Positions 1 through 14,557 of a stretch of 42,347 bases of DNA are shown here, piece by piece (the stretch's first letter is position 1; every line of letters starts with the position of its first letter). The DNA comes from a virus (Duplodnaviria > Heunggongvirae > Uroviricota > Caudoviricetes). The stretch lies in the IMG/VR virus record IMGVR_UViG_3300032167_000028; one strand, given 5' to 3'. The notes beneath the pieces were generated by a model, which was not told the DNA's origin, ran no database searches, and saw nothing but the letters and a program-made list of their open reading frames with translations. The position numbers were made by a program, and so were the translations under genes.

Positions 1-2
1 AA

Positions 3-3000
3 GATATAAAAGATATTGAAATTGCTCTTGAAAAAACATATTCAGGATTACGCTCCAACTTAGAAACTTCGCTAGAAGAGGCAAAAACTGTATTATCTTC
101 CACTGATGAAAATAATGCAATAAAAAAACAAAGTTTAATTGATTCTAATTTTGATATTGCATTGCAATGGGCTTTAGCATAGGGTGCAAGTGAAGATGTT
201 TTAAAAAATCTACCAAAAGAAACTTTAGTTGAAATTTATCTAACTAAACAATATGAAGGTATTGTAGCAGCTTATGATTAGGAAAAGGCATGGTTATTAG
301 AATAGGCTACCTATAATTCTGAGGTTGCTTCTTATGCTCGTGACTTACTAGGTGGAGAAGAGGACCAACGTATTAGAGAATCTTGGGATATTATTAAGAA
401 TACTGGTTTAAACGGTTATAAAGCTACTGATGTTGCAAAAATTACAAAAGATTTAAAATTGCCGTCTGAAGCTTTCATCGCTAATGGTGATGGAACTTGG
501 TAGCTTGATTTAACTAAATTAAATGATATTCCAAAAGATGTTCATAATGCTATTTTAGCTAGTATAGATAATGAGACAGAATCCGCCATTAGAGCCATCA
601 AATCTCTTGGTAGTGAAATGACTGAAGGAGCAAATCCAGGTATTTATGCCGAAGCTTTTTCTCATTATGTTGGAGAATATGGTTATGACGCAGCTGAACT
701 TTATATTCCACAGTTTATTAAAGCTGCGGCAGGTGGATAGACAAATATTCAAGAACATTTAAAAAAGCTTATTGCAGATGAACTTACTGCTAAAGGTGAA
801 ACAGTTTCAGGAATTAACGATCCTAAAGTAATTAAAGTATATAATGAATTAATTGCTGGTTATAATGATGGTATTAATAATAATATAACGCGTTTACTAG
901 AATTATCTCAAAAATCCATTAAAGGAACCTTAACAGAAGCTGAAGAATTAGAACTAAAAGACTTACAACTTGATAATAAGGAATACGCCGAAACACTTAA
1001 AAAAATCATTTCTGATGAAACTTTAAAGATAGCTGAAAAAGCTGCTGCACTAGTTACTGCTGCAGTTTAGGCTTATTTAAATGGTGAGGTTTCTTGGGAC
1101 GAGGCTGAAGCTACGCTTGAAGAAACTTATTTAGGCATGCTAAGCCGCAATCGTAAAAAGCAAACCGGTACTGATGAAAATGCAGAACATGTTTCTTCTG
1201 AGGATCTTGAAGAAATTGCTAACGCTGGTGGTGTCTATAGTGAACAAGCAATATCTGCCCTACTTGCTATGGCTGGTGGAGAAGGTATTACTGTTACAGA
1301 AGAGACTCTTAATGAAGTCATAAAATGGGATGAAGTAAAGAAAGGATGGGTCTTTGCAGCAGGCAAAGGACTTGAAGATCTTTTAGGAGCAGAAATCCCA
1401 GAATATATCAAAAAAGCTGTTGATACCAGTGAAAATGTTAAGGATTTAAATAATAAAGTAAATGCGGAAAATACTGCAAATGCAATTATTGATTCTTTTA
1501 CAAATCTCTATACCAATGCCGAAGAAGCTACTTTAGAGGGTATTAAATCACTATATGACAGTATTTATGGTGAAAATGCTTTTGCTAATTCTGGTGAAAC
1601 TGCTAAATGGCAGGCAGCAATTTAGGCGGCGAAAAATGGTAATGAAGAACTATTACAAAGTCATTTAGAAGATTTAATTAAAGAAGCTCAATCTCAAGGA
1701 AAAATTGTTGATGCTAATGCTTTATCACAAAAAGTTCGTAATTTAGTTTCTTCTGCAATAGATTCGGAATTTAGACAAGCTTCTGATACTATCGCATCTC
1801 TTGGAGCCTCTAAAGCCGCTTCTCGTGGAAATAGTGATCGAGGTATCTATGCAGATGCTTTTTCTGCTTTAATTGAAAAAAATGAATGGGATAGACAAGA
1901 AACTGATAAAAAAATAAGTGGTTTTATTACTGGTGCAGCATCTGGAGATAGTTATAGTAGTTTAGCATTAAAGTAGTATATTGCCGCCAATTTAAGAGCT
2001 ATTGATCCAGAAAATTATAAAAATGTTTATATTGATGATCCAGAAGTAATTCGTCAATATAATTTATTAATGGCTGGTTATAAAGACGGCATCACCAGTA
2101 ATACTCTACGCTATCTTGAACTAGCTCAAAAACAAGCAGAAGGAACTATCACAGAAACGGAAAAACAAGAGATGGCCGATCTTGTTCCCCAAAGTGATCA
2201 GTGGGTAGTTGATTTAGTAAATACTCTAGCACAAGGTGGAACAGATTCATTAAGTAATCTTGCTCTAATTATTTCTAATGCTTTAGCAAATGGAATTGAC
2301 TGGTCTGAGGTTGAAGATGAGGTTCAAAATTAGGCTGAAGGACTTTTCAATACTGAAAAATTAAAGAGTGTTGGTATTAATCCTGGTGATAGCATTACTA
2401 AAGGTAAGCTTTTAAGCTCTATCGTTGATTCCGCGGGTGTATATGGAGAAGAATTATATACTAATTTATATAATTATGCTACTGAAAATGGTTTAAACTT
2501 TAACGAAGAACTTTTTAAACAAGCATTTAACTATAGCTCCATTGCAGGTGGTTTTGTTGCTACAACTTCTGAAGGAATTAGTACATTATTCTCAGGCTGG
2601 GGCTAGGATTTTGTAAAAGCTTTTACATTGGGAAGTAATTCTTTTAACGTTGAAGAAGCTATTCGTTTTGATGATTTAGGTACTTCTGTTACCGAAACTA
2701 TAAGTGGTTTTTATAGCAATATTGCAGAAATTTCTCTTGGAGATTTAGCTAATCTATACGAATCCATTCATGGACAAGATACTTTTGCGCAAAGCGGATT
2801 AGTTGATGATTATTAGGCCGCGATTCGTGAAGCAAAAAGAGGTAATGTTGACCTCCTCACCGATTTTACTAACAATCTAATAAAAGAAGCTAAAGCAAAA
2901 GGAATTGAAGTAGACACTACTGCAATTCAAAATGCCATGTAGGATGCAGCACTTGCTATGATGGCAAGTATTGTTCAAGCTGTTGAAGCTGGTATTGGCG

Positions 3001-6000
3001 GAACAATGACTAATGCTGATTACACTCAACTTTTAAAAGATATCGGTGTTAATTAGTTTGAATCAGATGGTTCCGTTTCTCAGGACTGGGAACGTTGGTA
3101 GAATATGGTCTATTCGACCAACGAAGGATTAAAGTTCACTAAACAAGGCTTGTTGGATATTTATGGAGTAGTTGCTAGTCGTAACGCGATGGCTTCTCAA
3201 GGTATCCTTGAGATGATTGCAGAAGATTATCGTGAATATGATAATTTAAGTTCTACTCTTGCACATATTAAAGAGCTTCGTGATTTAAAAGACAAAGCTG
3301 ATCCAACAAAACGTAAACAGTATGAACAAGAACTTGCAGTTGCAGAAAAAATTGCTCGTATTCGTTCTTAGGATTCAGATAGCTTTAACTTCATGGATCG
3401 TGCAATTCCAGATGAAATTCAGTCTCCTCTTAATGTATGGCAAAATGCAGCAGATGCAGCAAGTGCTTTACAAGATGCTAAGAAAAATGGCTACATGGGA
3501 GCCGAAGATTTCTACCGAATTGTAACTACTGCTAGTGAATATATGACCGCGGCAGGACAAGAATTCTCTGTCGCTGGCATGACTTATGAAGATTTAATTT
3601 CTAAGGCAACAAGCTCTCTTGCTACTGCTAATGGAAATCTTGTAGTCGATTTCTCTAAGTTTGGTGTTGATTTTGCCGGCGGTATTGATGATATGGCTGG
3701 CGGTCTTGAAAAAGGATTAAAAGCTTTAGCTGAAGAATAGATTAAGATGCTAGATGGCTTAATTGCCATGCTAGAAACTCTAAAGACTATTGAAGAGTTA
3801 AAACTTGATCAAGATGGAAACGGTATTGATCTTGGTGAGATTTTTACTATTACAGATGATGGTAGCATTAGTGAATTTACCGACACCTTTACTGAATGGT
3901 GGAAGAGATTACAAACTGCTGTTGGAGAAATCCGCTTTGATAATGGTAAATTTAATCTTGGCGAAGCTTTAGCTAGAGGAATTGTTACTCCAAATCTTTT
4001 ACAAGATTGTAGTAATGAAATATAGCGTTTATTAGCTAGTGAAAATATTGATCCATATACTGTAGATACTCAAATACAAGATATTATTCGTAAATATTTT
4101 GGAGAAGGAGTTACCTTTGGAATTCCTTTTAATACCTAGTTAAGTATTAATAGTGATGGTACATATGCCTTAAATGGTAAAGGTAAATATCCCACTCGCG
4201 AGGCCGCTCTAGAAGCCTATTGTAGAAGTATTAGTCCTGGAGCATGGACATATACTGAAGAAGGAGTTGTTCATACTGTTAAATTTAAGCAGTATGCAGA
4301 AGCAAATACTACTGTTACAATAGATGAATCTAGTGTAGGAACAAGTTATACTCTTGGATCTAAAACTTTTACTGATGAAGCTTCTTTCTTAGCTGCATTA
4401 ACTTCCGGTTCTAATGAAGAGGGTGCAGCGAAAGTTGGAGAAACTGTTACTACGGCCGATGGTGGAAAATATACTGTTAAATATAACGAAGCACTAAAAA
4501 TTAATTATTTAGTTGCCGAGGATGATGCAAGTAAATTTTTAATTAATGGTGAAAGTACAGGATATGCTTCTATCGACGAATATGTTAAAGCATAGCTAGA
4601 AGCTCAGTAGAACGCAGATGGAGAAGGCACCTCTTACGACGTAACCACTACTCTCGGTATTGATGCCTCTTAGGCTGATAAAGAACTTGAACGGGTAAAT
4701 AAAGAGTTAGATGCTTTAGATAAAAAAGCAGTATGGCCAAAAGTATCTATTAATGATAGTACAAAGAGTGGTATTGATGCTATTAATGCAAAACTACTCG
4801 CTCTAACTCGTACTCGTTATGTAGATGTCGTTGTTCGTGAAAAGGCTGAAGAAACTCCAGAAGTTTATGGACCCGTACAACAACAACAACAATCAACTAT
4901 TCCACCCGGTGGTAATTCTGGTCGATGGATTGATCAATTTATGGCTAAGGGTAATGTAGCTCTTGCCAAAGGCACCCTTATGGGAGAACTTGGTCCAGAA
5001 TTATATGTTCAAAATGGTTCTTATCATATTGCCGGTTCCAATGGTCCAGAATTTGTTGATCTGGCAGATGACGCGATTGTTTTCAATCATCTACAAACTA
5101 AACGTATTTTAAACACTGGTCATTCTTTTGGACGCGGAACTCCTGTAACAAACGAGCGTCGTGCGGTTGCTTGGGCAACTGGTAATGTAACCGGTCCCGC
5201 ACTCGCTGGTGGTATTGATAGTGCAATTGAACAACTTAAAACAGCTCGTGAGTTCTGGAAAGGATTACTTAACCAGCTTTCTCTTTCTGAGCTTATGTCT
5301 GGCTCTGGCGGTCACAAAGGTGGCGGTTCTGGTAACAGTATTAAAGCAGTTACTGAAGAACTACAAGAATGGTATAACCTTTCTCGCCAAATTGCTGATA
5401 TTGAGCAAGATATTAACAATCTTCTTGCTGAACGTGAGAATATTGAATGGTCTAATGGTGAAGCTTATTTAAAGAGTTTGCGTGAACAACAAAAGCTTTT
5501 AAATAAGCAAATGGCTACCCAACAAGCACTTCTTGATTATCAAGAACTTCAGCTTCAACGCCAAGCAGATCATATTAATCAAAATCGTATTTGGTCTCAA
5601 TTCTTAACTGTTGGCGAAGATGGATTACTTCAATATATCGAAGGTAATGAAACTAATGGTGGTAAGGGTGCCCTTCAAGTTCTACAAGAACTTAACCAAA
5701 TGTCTGGTGAAGAACAAACTGCTTATTTAAAGCGTATTGGTTATTCTTATACTAATAATGATGGTAAAAAGCTTGAGGGACAAGAACTTGTAGAGCAATT
5801 CTTCCAAGAGTTGCAAGATCAGATTGACCAGTATGATTCTCTTTATGATACCGTTCATGGAACAGAGGAAACTCTTGAAAATCTTCGTACTCAGATTGAA
5901 GATATTAATGAATAGATTAAAGAGAACCAAATGGATCTTGAAGAGGCTGTTTTCGATATTATTGTTGAAGCTTGGGAAAAGCAAATTGAAGAAATGGAAG

Positions 6001-7454
6001 AGCAAGCGGACTTAATTAAGGAAGCCAACGAAGCCTATATTAATGGTTTAAACGAGGCTCTTTCCGCGGAACGTCAGATGTATGATGATAATCAGAAAAT
6101 TGCTGATCGTGAACAACTTCAACGTCAACTTTCTTTACTTCGTCGTAGTGGAGGTTCTGCTTCTGAAATTGCTGATTTAGAAGAGCAATTAAATGATATG
6201 CTAAAGGATGAATACTTTAGCAATCAAGAGCGAATGATTGAGGATATTCAATAGGCAAATGACATTCAAGTACAACAACTTGAAACTCAAATTCGTCTAT
6301 AGGAAGAGGCCCTAGAATATCAAAAAGAGAATGGTGTAATTTGGACTCAAGTTTATGAAGTTCTTTCTAAGTCTCGTAATGAGATTCTTGCTTTTATGCA
6401 AGGTAATTCTACTGAGTTCTTTAGCCAATCCTTATTACAACAAGAGCAAATGCTTACCGATTGGGCGCATAAAATTGGTATTTATAAGGAAGATTAGAAA
6501 TACCAAAATTATGCTAATCATGGACGTGAAACTCTTTGGGACAATGGATAGGCTTGGAATCTTGGAGATATGAGTAAGTATCAGTCTACTTACAATAATC
6601 TCACTGAGGAAGAAAAAAACACAATTCGTGATCAATTTACTTCTGTTTATGCAAATGCTCGTCTTGATGGCAAGAGTCATGAGGAAGCTGCAGCATTGGC
6701 CGCGGCGGAAGTTTCTAAGACTTTGAAGCGTAAAAAAGATGCCGCGGATGCAGAAGATCATACTCCACCAACTACTGATCCAAATCCACAAAATCCTGGC
6801 GGAAATAATGACGATGATGACGATGAGGATGACGGAGGAGGAGGCTCTCAACAATAGCAATAGCAAACTAGCCCTACTCACTGGCGATTTACTTATAACG
6901 GAAAAGTCCGTAAATGCTTTAATCAGAAGTCCAGTGCGGAAAGTGCAATGAAAGAGATGTATGAGGCAGACAAGGCCGCTTTATTACGTACCGCTAGTGA
7001 TCGTCAAGAAATTGATGCAGCTAATGCAACTGCACAAAGACGTTATAATACAGCAAAAAATTCTTTAAAATCTGGTAAACACAGTTCTGGTTATCGTCAT
7101 GGTGGATTAGTTGATTTTACCGGTCCTACAATGGTTCATGGTAGTACCACCAAACCAGAGGGTTTCTTAAATGCTGAATAGACTGCAATTATTAGAGAGG
7201 GTCTAGAACTATCAGGTGAACTAAGTTCGTTATCTAATTTAAGAAACTTGGTAGATGTTTTGAAGAGAAATGTAAAAAATACTGTTGGCGCTGTTAGTGA
7301 AATTAATAATATTAATATTGCTTCTGGAGCTGTTGTTGTATAGGTACAATAGCTTAATGATAAATATGATATTGATGATGTAGCAACAGATATCATGAAT
7401 CGTATGTATGCCATTGGTAATAAATCCACTAATCGTGGAGTAAGTCGGAGGTAA
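3..7454 (+). CDS. Tail tape measure protein, 5' end outside the window (>2,480 aa, about 30 in-frame TAG read as Gln)
   Basis: Ten ORF-track fragments (1137 to 6948) are all in frame 3 and all end in TAG. The frame first meets TAA at 7452-7454. The sequence is largely helical/coiled-coil with TMP-type C-terminal motifs (KGTLMGELGPEL; GYRHGGLVDFTGPTMVHG...PEGFLNAEQT), and it sits directly before a Dit-like gene. Confidence 0.88.
540..3000 (+). repeat. Approximately 400-aa (about 1,200-nt) diverged tandem duplication inside the tape measure gene
   Basis: Paired motifs at a constant offset of about 1,200-1,218 nt: GIYAEAFS/GIYADAFS, AGYNDGINNNITRLLELSQK/AGYKDGITSNTLRYLELAQK, LYDSIYGENAFANSG/LYESIHGQDTFAQSG, LIKEAQSQG/LIKEAKAKG. 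Confidence 0.85.
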
Positions 7455-7460
7455 TTAATT

Positions 7461-9017
7461 ATGGGTATTCAAGTTACTGAATTAACCCAAGGAAAAAATT
7501 GCCACGAAAAGGAGTTCATCGACTTTGAATTCGATGGAAAACATGTAAGTGAGTTTGGCATGGTCGCCGTCGCGGACGGCGACCGCCACTCCTTTGATGC
7601 CGCTCCAACTTTTGAAGATGAAACTTCTTAGGTGAACGGTATAGATGGGCAATATTATTGGGGCACACATTTTGGCTCAAAAAAGATGACTTTTTCTTTG
7701 GCAACAGATGGAATGACTGAAGCACAAGTAAATGCTTTTAAATTACATTTTAAGCCGGGTAAGTATGGTAAATTTATTGAAGATAAACTTTCTAGTCGTT
7801 ATGGATATGCTCGTATTAGTTAGGTAACAACTTTTAATACTGTGCCTTTCCGCGTTGAAAAAAAGATTATGGGACAAACTATTTATATTAATGAATATAA
7901 AGGAGATTGTCGTATTACTTTTGAATTTGATGATCCTCATATGAAAGCTACTATGAATCTAATTGAAGATTTCGCAGAGGATAATGAATTAAAACTTCGT
8001 GCTATGTATACGAACGGAACTCCATATTCAGCAAGCTGGAATAGTAATAATAATTATGTTTGTTTTGTGGGTAGCAATGAAAAAATTCTAACTAAGGGTG
8101 CTGTGTCACCTTTAACCAGCGGCGGTCTGAGTAGCCAAAGTGCTCTTACTTATTATAATCCAGCAACCAGTAAAACTAAAGCTATTATTCAAATGAAATT
8201 CCAACCAACCTTTACTGCTGATGGAGAGACCACCGTATCTTTCCCAATTTATTTTCATGAAATTAGAGATGATATTAATAGCAATACTTTTCCTTATAAT
8301 CGTATATTAACTACAGTTTCAGTTGATAAAGATATTGTACGTACATCTTGTGACTATCCAAAAGAATTTAAATATACTACCCCCAATGTGATTTAGCAAA
8401 TTAATCACGCTATTGAGCTTGCGGCAAGTTTTTACATGAAATCTGCTACCGGCCCTGCGTTGGATTTTGAAGAACTTTTACGCTTAGAAATCGTTGACTC
8501 TAAAGTTATGGCTTGGGCTGCGGCGGTTTTAAGAATTATAAAAACACGAGATGCTTTTTATAATCGTAATACTGGTAATTTTAATTCGGGAACTTTATCT
8601 GTTAATTGCTCGTCAATTGGCGCGGGAACTCAGGGATTAAATTGGTGGCAATATTTTAATGTATATATGTTATATATGTTAGCCAATTGTGCAGATCCAG
8701 AAAAATTCCATCTTGAAGGAGAAGCTGAAGGTACTTGGACTTTCAATCCTTACACAATTACTTTTAATGGAGAAGAGAATCGTACATATATGACTTATTC
8801 TTATAATAGAATTATCAATATATTAGAAAAAATTTCCGTAGCAGAAGAAAATTGTGGAGACATGATTCTTTCAGAATACCTTAACTTAGATGGAGGAGAT
8901 GTACTAAATGATGATGGTACAATTGCTTCTTGTCATCATATGAAGTTTATAAAAGGTGAGGGTACTACCCACACTGCAAATTGGGTATCTTTAGTATATA
9001 CACCAACTTATTTCTAA
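7461..9017 (+). CDS. Distal tail (Dit)-like protein, 518 aa, 3 in-frame TAG
   Basis: ATG 7461 with GGAGG RBS. The N-terminus FIDFEFDGKHVSEFG...VNGIDGQYYWGTHFGSKKMTFSL resembles siphophage Dit proteins. TAG at 7629, 7821 and 8394; TAA stop. Position immediately after the TMP gene. Confidence 0.7.
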
Positions 9018-9035
9018 TAACATGGAGGGATAATT

Positions 9036-12000
9036 TTGAGCGTACGTACTGTATTATCTCAAAAATCTCGCCCATACAAGATTGAAGTCTATGGACTGTA
9101 GGACGACTTTATAGGAACCCTACAGTCCTTTAATGACTCTTTTATTGGGCAAATTGTTTCGCCAGAAATCAAATTTTCTGATGATGGCACACAAACTTTT
9201 ACTTGCTCAATTCCTAAATTTTATATTGATCCTGAAACGAATTTAAAAATTGAGAATCCTCGCTGGACTGATATAAATAATGGAGTATTGGCGGAAAATA
9301 CCAGAGTATTAAAAATATTTCTGGATTATGGAAATGAGATAAAGGTTTATCCCTTTATTGTGGATAAAATAACTGATAAACGAGATTCTCATTTTTCAGT
9401 TTATCGTGAAGTTGAAGCCAGTGGAATGGCCTTCGCGGAATTAGGTAAAACTGGTTATAAATTAGAATTAAATAGCCATACAATTGAATCTGTATAGGAA
9501 GAAGATATTGAGATTCTTCCTTATATAGATTTCTGGTTGGATTATGTTTTTCCTAATGAAAAAGATGAAAACGGAAAAGTTATAAAATGGCTTACTCCTT
9601 GGTGCTATGAGATTAGAATGGACTGGTCTCATTATGCAGTAGAGGGTCGCCTTTCTAATAAAATTTATGAAGATTCTTATGTTACTTCTTGGGGAGTAAG
9701 AGATGCTTTAACTGATGAATACGGTAACATCACTACTGCTGCAGGTCTAGAGGCATAGGGAGTAGAATCTGGTGCGGAAAAAGCTCGTTATATTGATTGT
9801 GCCAATAGTAATAAATACAATATCACTCAAGATATTTCCGAAGCTTTTGAAGTATTTTGTCAATATGAATATAAGTGTGATTCACGCGGCAAGTTTATTC
9901 ATGAATATGTTGACGAAAATGGTAATGTATGGACTGGCCGCAAGGCAGTATTTTACAATCGAGCAATTAAAACTGATAACCCTATTGTAATTGATTATAA
10001 GAAGAACCTTTCTACGATTACTCGTACTTGTGATAGTTCTGAAATTTATACAAAGCTATATGTAACTCCAATTGAGTCTTCAACAATGGAGACTGGTTAT
10101 ATTTCTATTGCAGATACTCCTATTAATCCAACATTGGATGAGTTCATTTTAAATTTTGATTATCTTTATAATATAGGTTCTATTTCTCAATATTAGTTAA
10201 ATTATGTAAAAACTTATGAAGTTGAGATACATAAATTAAATACAGAATTAATTAATTTAGCTCCATAGATTGAAGACTTAACGATTCGTATTAATAATCT
10301 TAAAGCTACAAAAACCAATGCTGAAAATGAAAAAACGTCTGCTGAACAAACCTTGTAGCAATATCAAACTTTACGAGATAGTGAGGTAACTAATACTCCA
10401 ATTAGAAAAAATAAGGATAATCCAATGTCAATTATCTTTGTTGAAGATGGAGATATTAAAAAGGCGGCTTTACGTTAGATAGGTATTGCACCTGCGACAA
10501 TTGTTGGTTATAGTAATTTTTCTTATAGTAAAAGAATTTTTGATTATAATGATATTATTACTGTAAATCAATTGGGGTCTACTACTGCAAATGATACAAG
10601 TTATTATTTAGTATTAGATGAGTTTGGTTATCCAACATATATTTATACCTCTAAAAATAATTCAGATTTTGAAGTAGATAATAGTCCAATTATTTATTTA
10701 GAATTGGAATATAGTCCTAAAAACGCTTATGTTGATATTTGTAATCAACTAGAATAGCGTATTATAGGAAAAGCCGCTACAGTAGAAACTTTAGAAGTTT
10801 CAATCAATGATTTATAGACACAATTAGATGAATTAGAATTAGATCAAAAAGAACTTTTAGATAAGAAAGAAATCTTAAATCAAAAGCTTGAACTTACTCT
10901 TGGTCCTGCACTTCGCGAGGGTTATTGGACTCCTGACAGTTATGAAGATCCTGGCCAAGCCCGAAAAGCTGAGTTAGTTATGGTTCCTACTGCCGCGCAA
11001 ACTGGAGTGGTTTTAACTTTTGATAATACTGCTTTTGAGGGAGAAGAGTTAAATTATTATTATGCTAATATTGATGATGTAGCTAATGATAATAAAACTT
11101 ATTATCCTTATATTGATATTTCTAGTATTTATGAAGATTGGTCAGATAAGAATATTGAAAATTTAACTTTACACTTTTTAAATCCAGAATGTAAATATAC
11201 TGTTGGTAATAATAAAATTGCCGCAGGTAATTATTTTGTAATTTATAATGGTCTTACAAAATATTATTTCAATATTCCGAATGACTTAACAGAAGGAACC
11301 GTTGTTGAAATTCTTATTAATGATAGTTCAAAGCCTTATATTAAAATAGGTAATACAACAATATCTACCAATGAAACAGAATTAGAGGGAGCAACAAATT
11401 TAACCTCTATTTTTGAAGGTATCGGTAATTATTTGGGTGAACGTTTAGTTTATAATAATGCCGGTTTTGTTTTTGGCTTCTTAAAAGAAAATAATATTGT
11501 TACTCCTATTTTACTTCTAAATAATTTAGATATAGAATATTCACGTTATAAGAAAGTCTAGTATTCTTTTAATGGTAATAATCGTGGAGTAATTACTAAC
11601 AATTTACGTATTGACATTCCACCTGCCAATGCAATTTTCTGTTATCCTCGTATTATTATTTATGATTCTAATGTAAATTATGATTCAGATAATTTAAAGA
11701 TAATTCCTTATACAGGAACCTTAACAGAGGAAACATAGAAGTTAGAAAAGTTTTAGGACTATACCATTTTAATAAGAGGCGGCAAGCCACATTTTACATT
11801 AAAGATTACTGAGAACAATAATTTAAATAAAATTTTAAGTTATTCTTATCATATAGAATATCAAATTTCTCGTGCCAATGAAATGCTTTATTTAGATGCT
11901 AAAAATGTTGCACGTGAAAATTCTTATCCAAAATATTCTTATAAACTTAGCGTAGCTAACACTCCTGATAATATTGGTTTTTATGAACTTGGTCAACTTG

Positions 12001-14540
12001 TTTTTATCAACGACTATCTTATGGGCGTTTCCGCCGCGACTGGTTACATTAGTGGAATTACCTATAAATTAAGCAATCCACAAGATGACGAGATTGAAAT
12101 TAAAAACTATAAAACAAAGTTTGAGGATCTTTTTAGTACCATTACTGCTTCCAGCGAAGCAATGAGAAATAATCAAGTTGCTTACAATATTGCAGCGGGA
12201 AGCTTTAATGCTGATGGTACAATTGAAGGTTCGGTTCTACAAAACTCTATTCTTAACAACAATATTGCAATGAATTATTCTAATACTAATGTTGCAATAG
12301 ATGATGTTAATGGTATTATTCTTACCAATCAACAGCCTTATCTAAATGGTGTTTATGGCCAGGTTAAACTGATGGGCGGCGGCATATTCCTATCAAATGC
12401 TATTGATGGATCAGGTGCTCGTATTTGGAACACTGGTATTACTCCTAATGGTATTAATGCCGCGATGATTACTGCTGGTCAATTAGATGTAAATAAGATT
12501 CGTGTCTTTGCTGGCGATAATGTTGCATTTCAATGGAATAGTGAAGGTATTTTTGCTTATAAGCAAAATGAAGAAACTGGTTCTGTTGACTTAAATACCT
12601 ACGTAAGATATTCTGATAGAGGTTTATAGTTTGTAAGTGGAGAGCATACTGCAGTAGATTTGGGTTGGAATGGTTTACTTATTTCTACTCAAGATGGTGC
12701 TACTCAATTAACCGGTGAGTATGGTTTAACAATTTATGATGGAGAACCAGAAAATGATGAAGAAACTGGTCTTCCACTTAATCCAGTTGTGCGTATTGGT
12801 AAGTTTGAAGAAGAAGGTTAGCCTATTGACTATGGTATGCGGCTTTATAAACAAGATCCAGAAACAAATGAATACCATGAAACGCTTATTACTTCTAATA
12901 AAGGATAGCTTTGGTTAAAAGATTACATCATTGTTGGTATTGAAGAAACTGATGATGCTGGTAATATTAATATTGCTGGGACTTCTGGAGTAACTGATGG
13001 CTTAGCAGGTGCCATACTTGATGGTGGAGATGCCAATGAAGATCCAACTGTTGATAATGTAGTGGTTTATGGTGGAGATTTTGCTGGTATTTCTGGCGAA
13101 GTTGAAGCAACAGCTGGTAAGTCCGTAAGATTTTGGGCTGGCGATAGTTTTTCCAACCGTAGAATTGCGCCTTTTCAAGTTTGGTAGGATGGTACATTAA
13201 TTGCTGATCGTGGTATTATTAGAGGTACTATTTATGCAAAAGACGGTGAATTTTCAGGTGCTATCAATGCTGAAAGTGGTAGTATTGGTGGCTGGATAAT
13301 TAATAAGGATACTGACGAAGAAACTTCTATTGAAATTGATTATTTAATGAGTGAAGATGGTAAGACCAAATTATTTGGTAATGGCGATATTCGTATTCAA
13401 GTAGGAGATAATTTTTCAATTACCGAAGATGGAAAAATTACTGCAAAATCTGGACAAATTGGTTCTTTAACTATTAGTGATATTGATGCTTTAGGTGGAG
13501 ATATTACTACAAATTCTGCAATATTATCAGTTGAAGGTTTAACCACGGTAAAACGAGGAGAAGCTGTTGATGCCAATTTTGTTGTTTCTTGTTATCGAGG
13601 AAATATTTTATTTACAGATATAGAATATTTGGATTACGATGTTTTACTATGGTAGTATAATGATGGTTCTGGTTGGAAAGATTTGTATAATACACAAATT
13701 ACTTTAAATCTAAATAGAACTTATGATTATAACGAAGAATTATCATAGTCAACTTATATACGTTGTATTTTTAAAAATGATAATGAAGAAATCATTAGTA
13801 ATGAGTTATTATTAACTGCGATTACTGAAGATGAATCAAATGCCGTAATTTTTTCGATTATTACTCCAAATGGCAATATCTTAAATAGCTCTAATACTGA
13901 AGTTATTTTAATTGCTTCTTTAGTTGAAAATGGTGTTACAATAAATGAAAATATAGAATATATTTGGGAAAAATATGATATTGAAAATAAAGAATATATT
14001 GAATTAAGTAATGAAAAAACCGATTCTTTAAGTGTAACTATAAAAGATATAGATAGTTATGGTTCATATAGATGTAAAGCTATCTATAATGATAATATAT
14101 ATTTAGCATATGGTTCTGTTCAAGATAGTACTGATCCGTTACAGTGTTATCTATATAGTACAATAGGTGATTAGATTTTAAATGGCGAAGGAATAGGGGC
14201 GGTTTATGCTCGTTCTTATCGAGGTAATTTAGAAGTGGGTCCTATAAAAACGACTATTTTTACTACTTCATTAGACGAATCTTTAGAAAGTGCTTATGTT
14301 TATATTCTCGATAATGAAAATAAAACCTATAATCTTTATTTTAATAATGATGGCGTTTGGGAATTAGCAGAGGATGATACGAGTGTAATTTATACTTATT
14401 CTTTTAGAGATAAATACGGAAATGCTACTACTTATAAAGGATAGAATTATTATATCGGACGAGTATTATATATTGATAGCGAACTTATTGAAGGTAAAAT
14501 TATTATAGATGTTACTGCTGAAGAAGCTGTCATAACTTAA
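9036..14540 (+). CDS. Large tail-tip/baseplate hub (Tal-like) protein, 1,834 aa, many in-frame TAG
   Basis: TTG start 6 nt after GGAGGG. Frame 3 stays open with TAG=Gln to TAA 14538-14540. Contains a coiled-coil segment, tail motifs (GINAAMITAGQLDVNKIR; VRFWAG...APFQVWQDG) and a C-terminal Ig-like region. Third gene of the TMP-Dit-Tal order. Confidence 0.72.
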
Positions 14541-14557
14541 TAAGGAGGTTATACATT

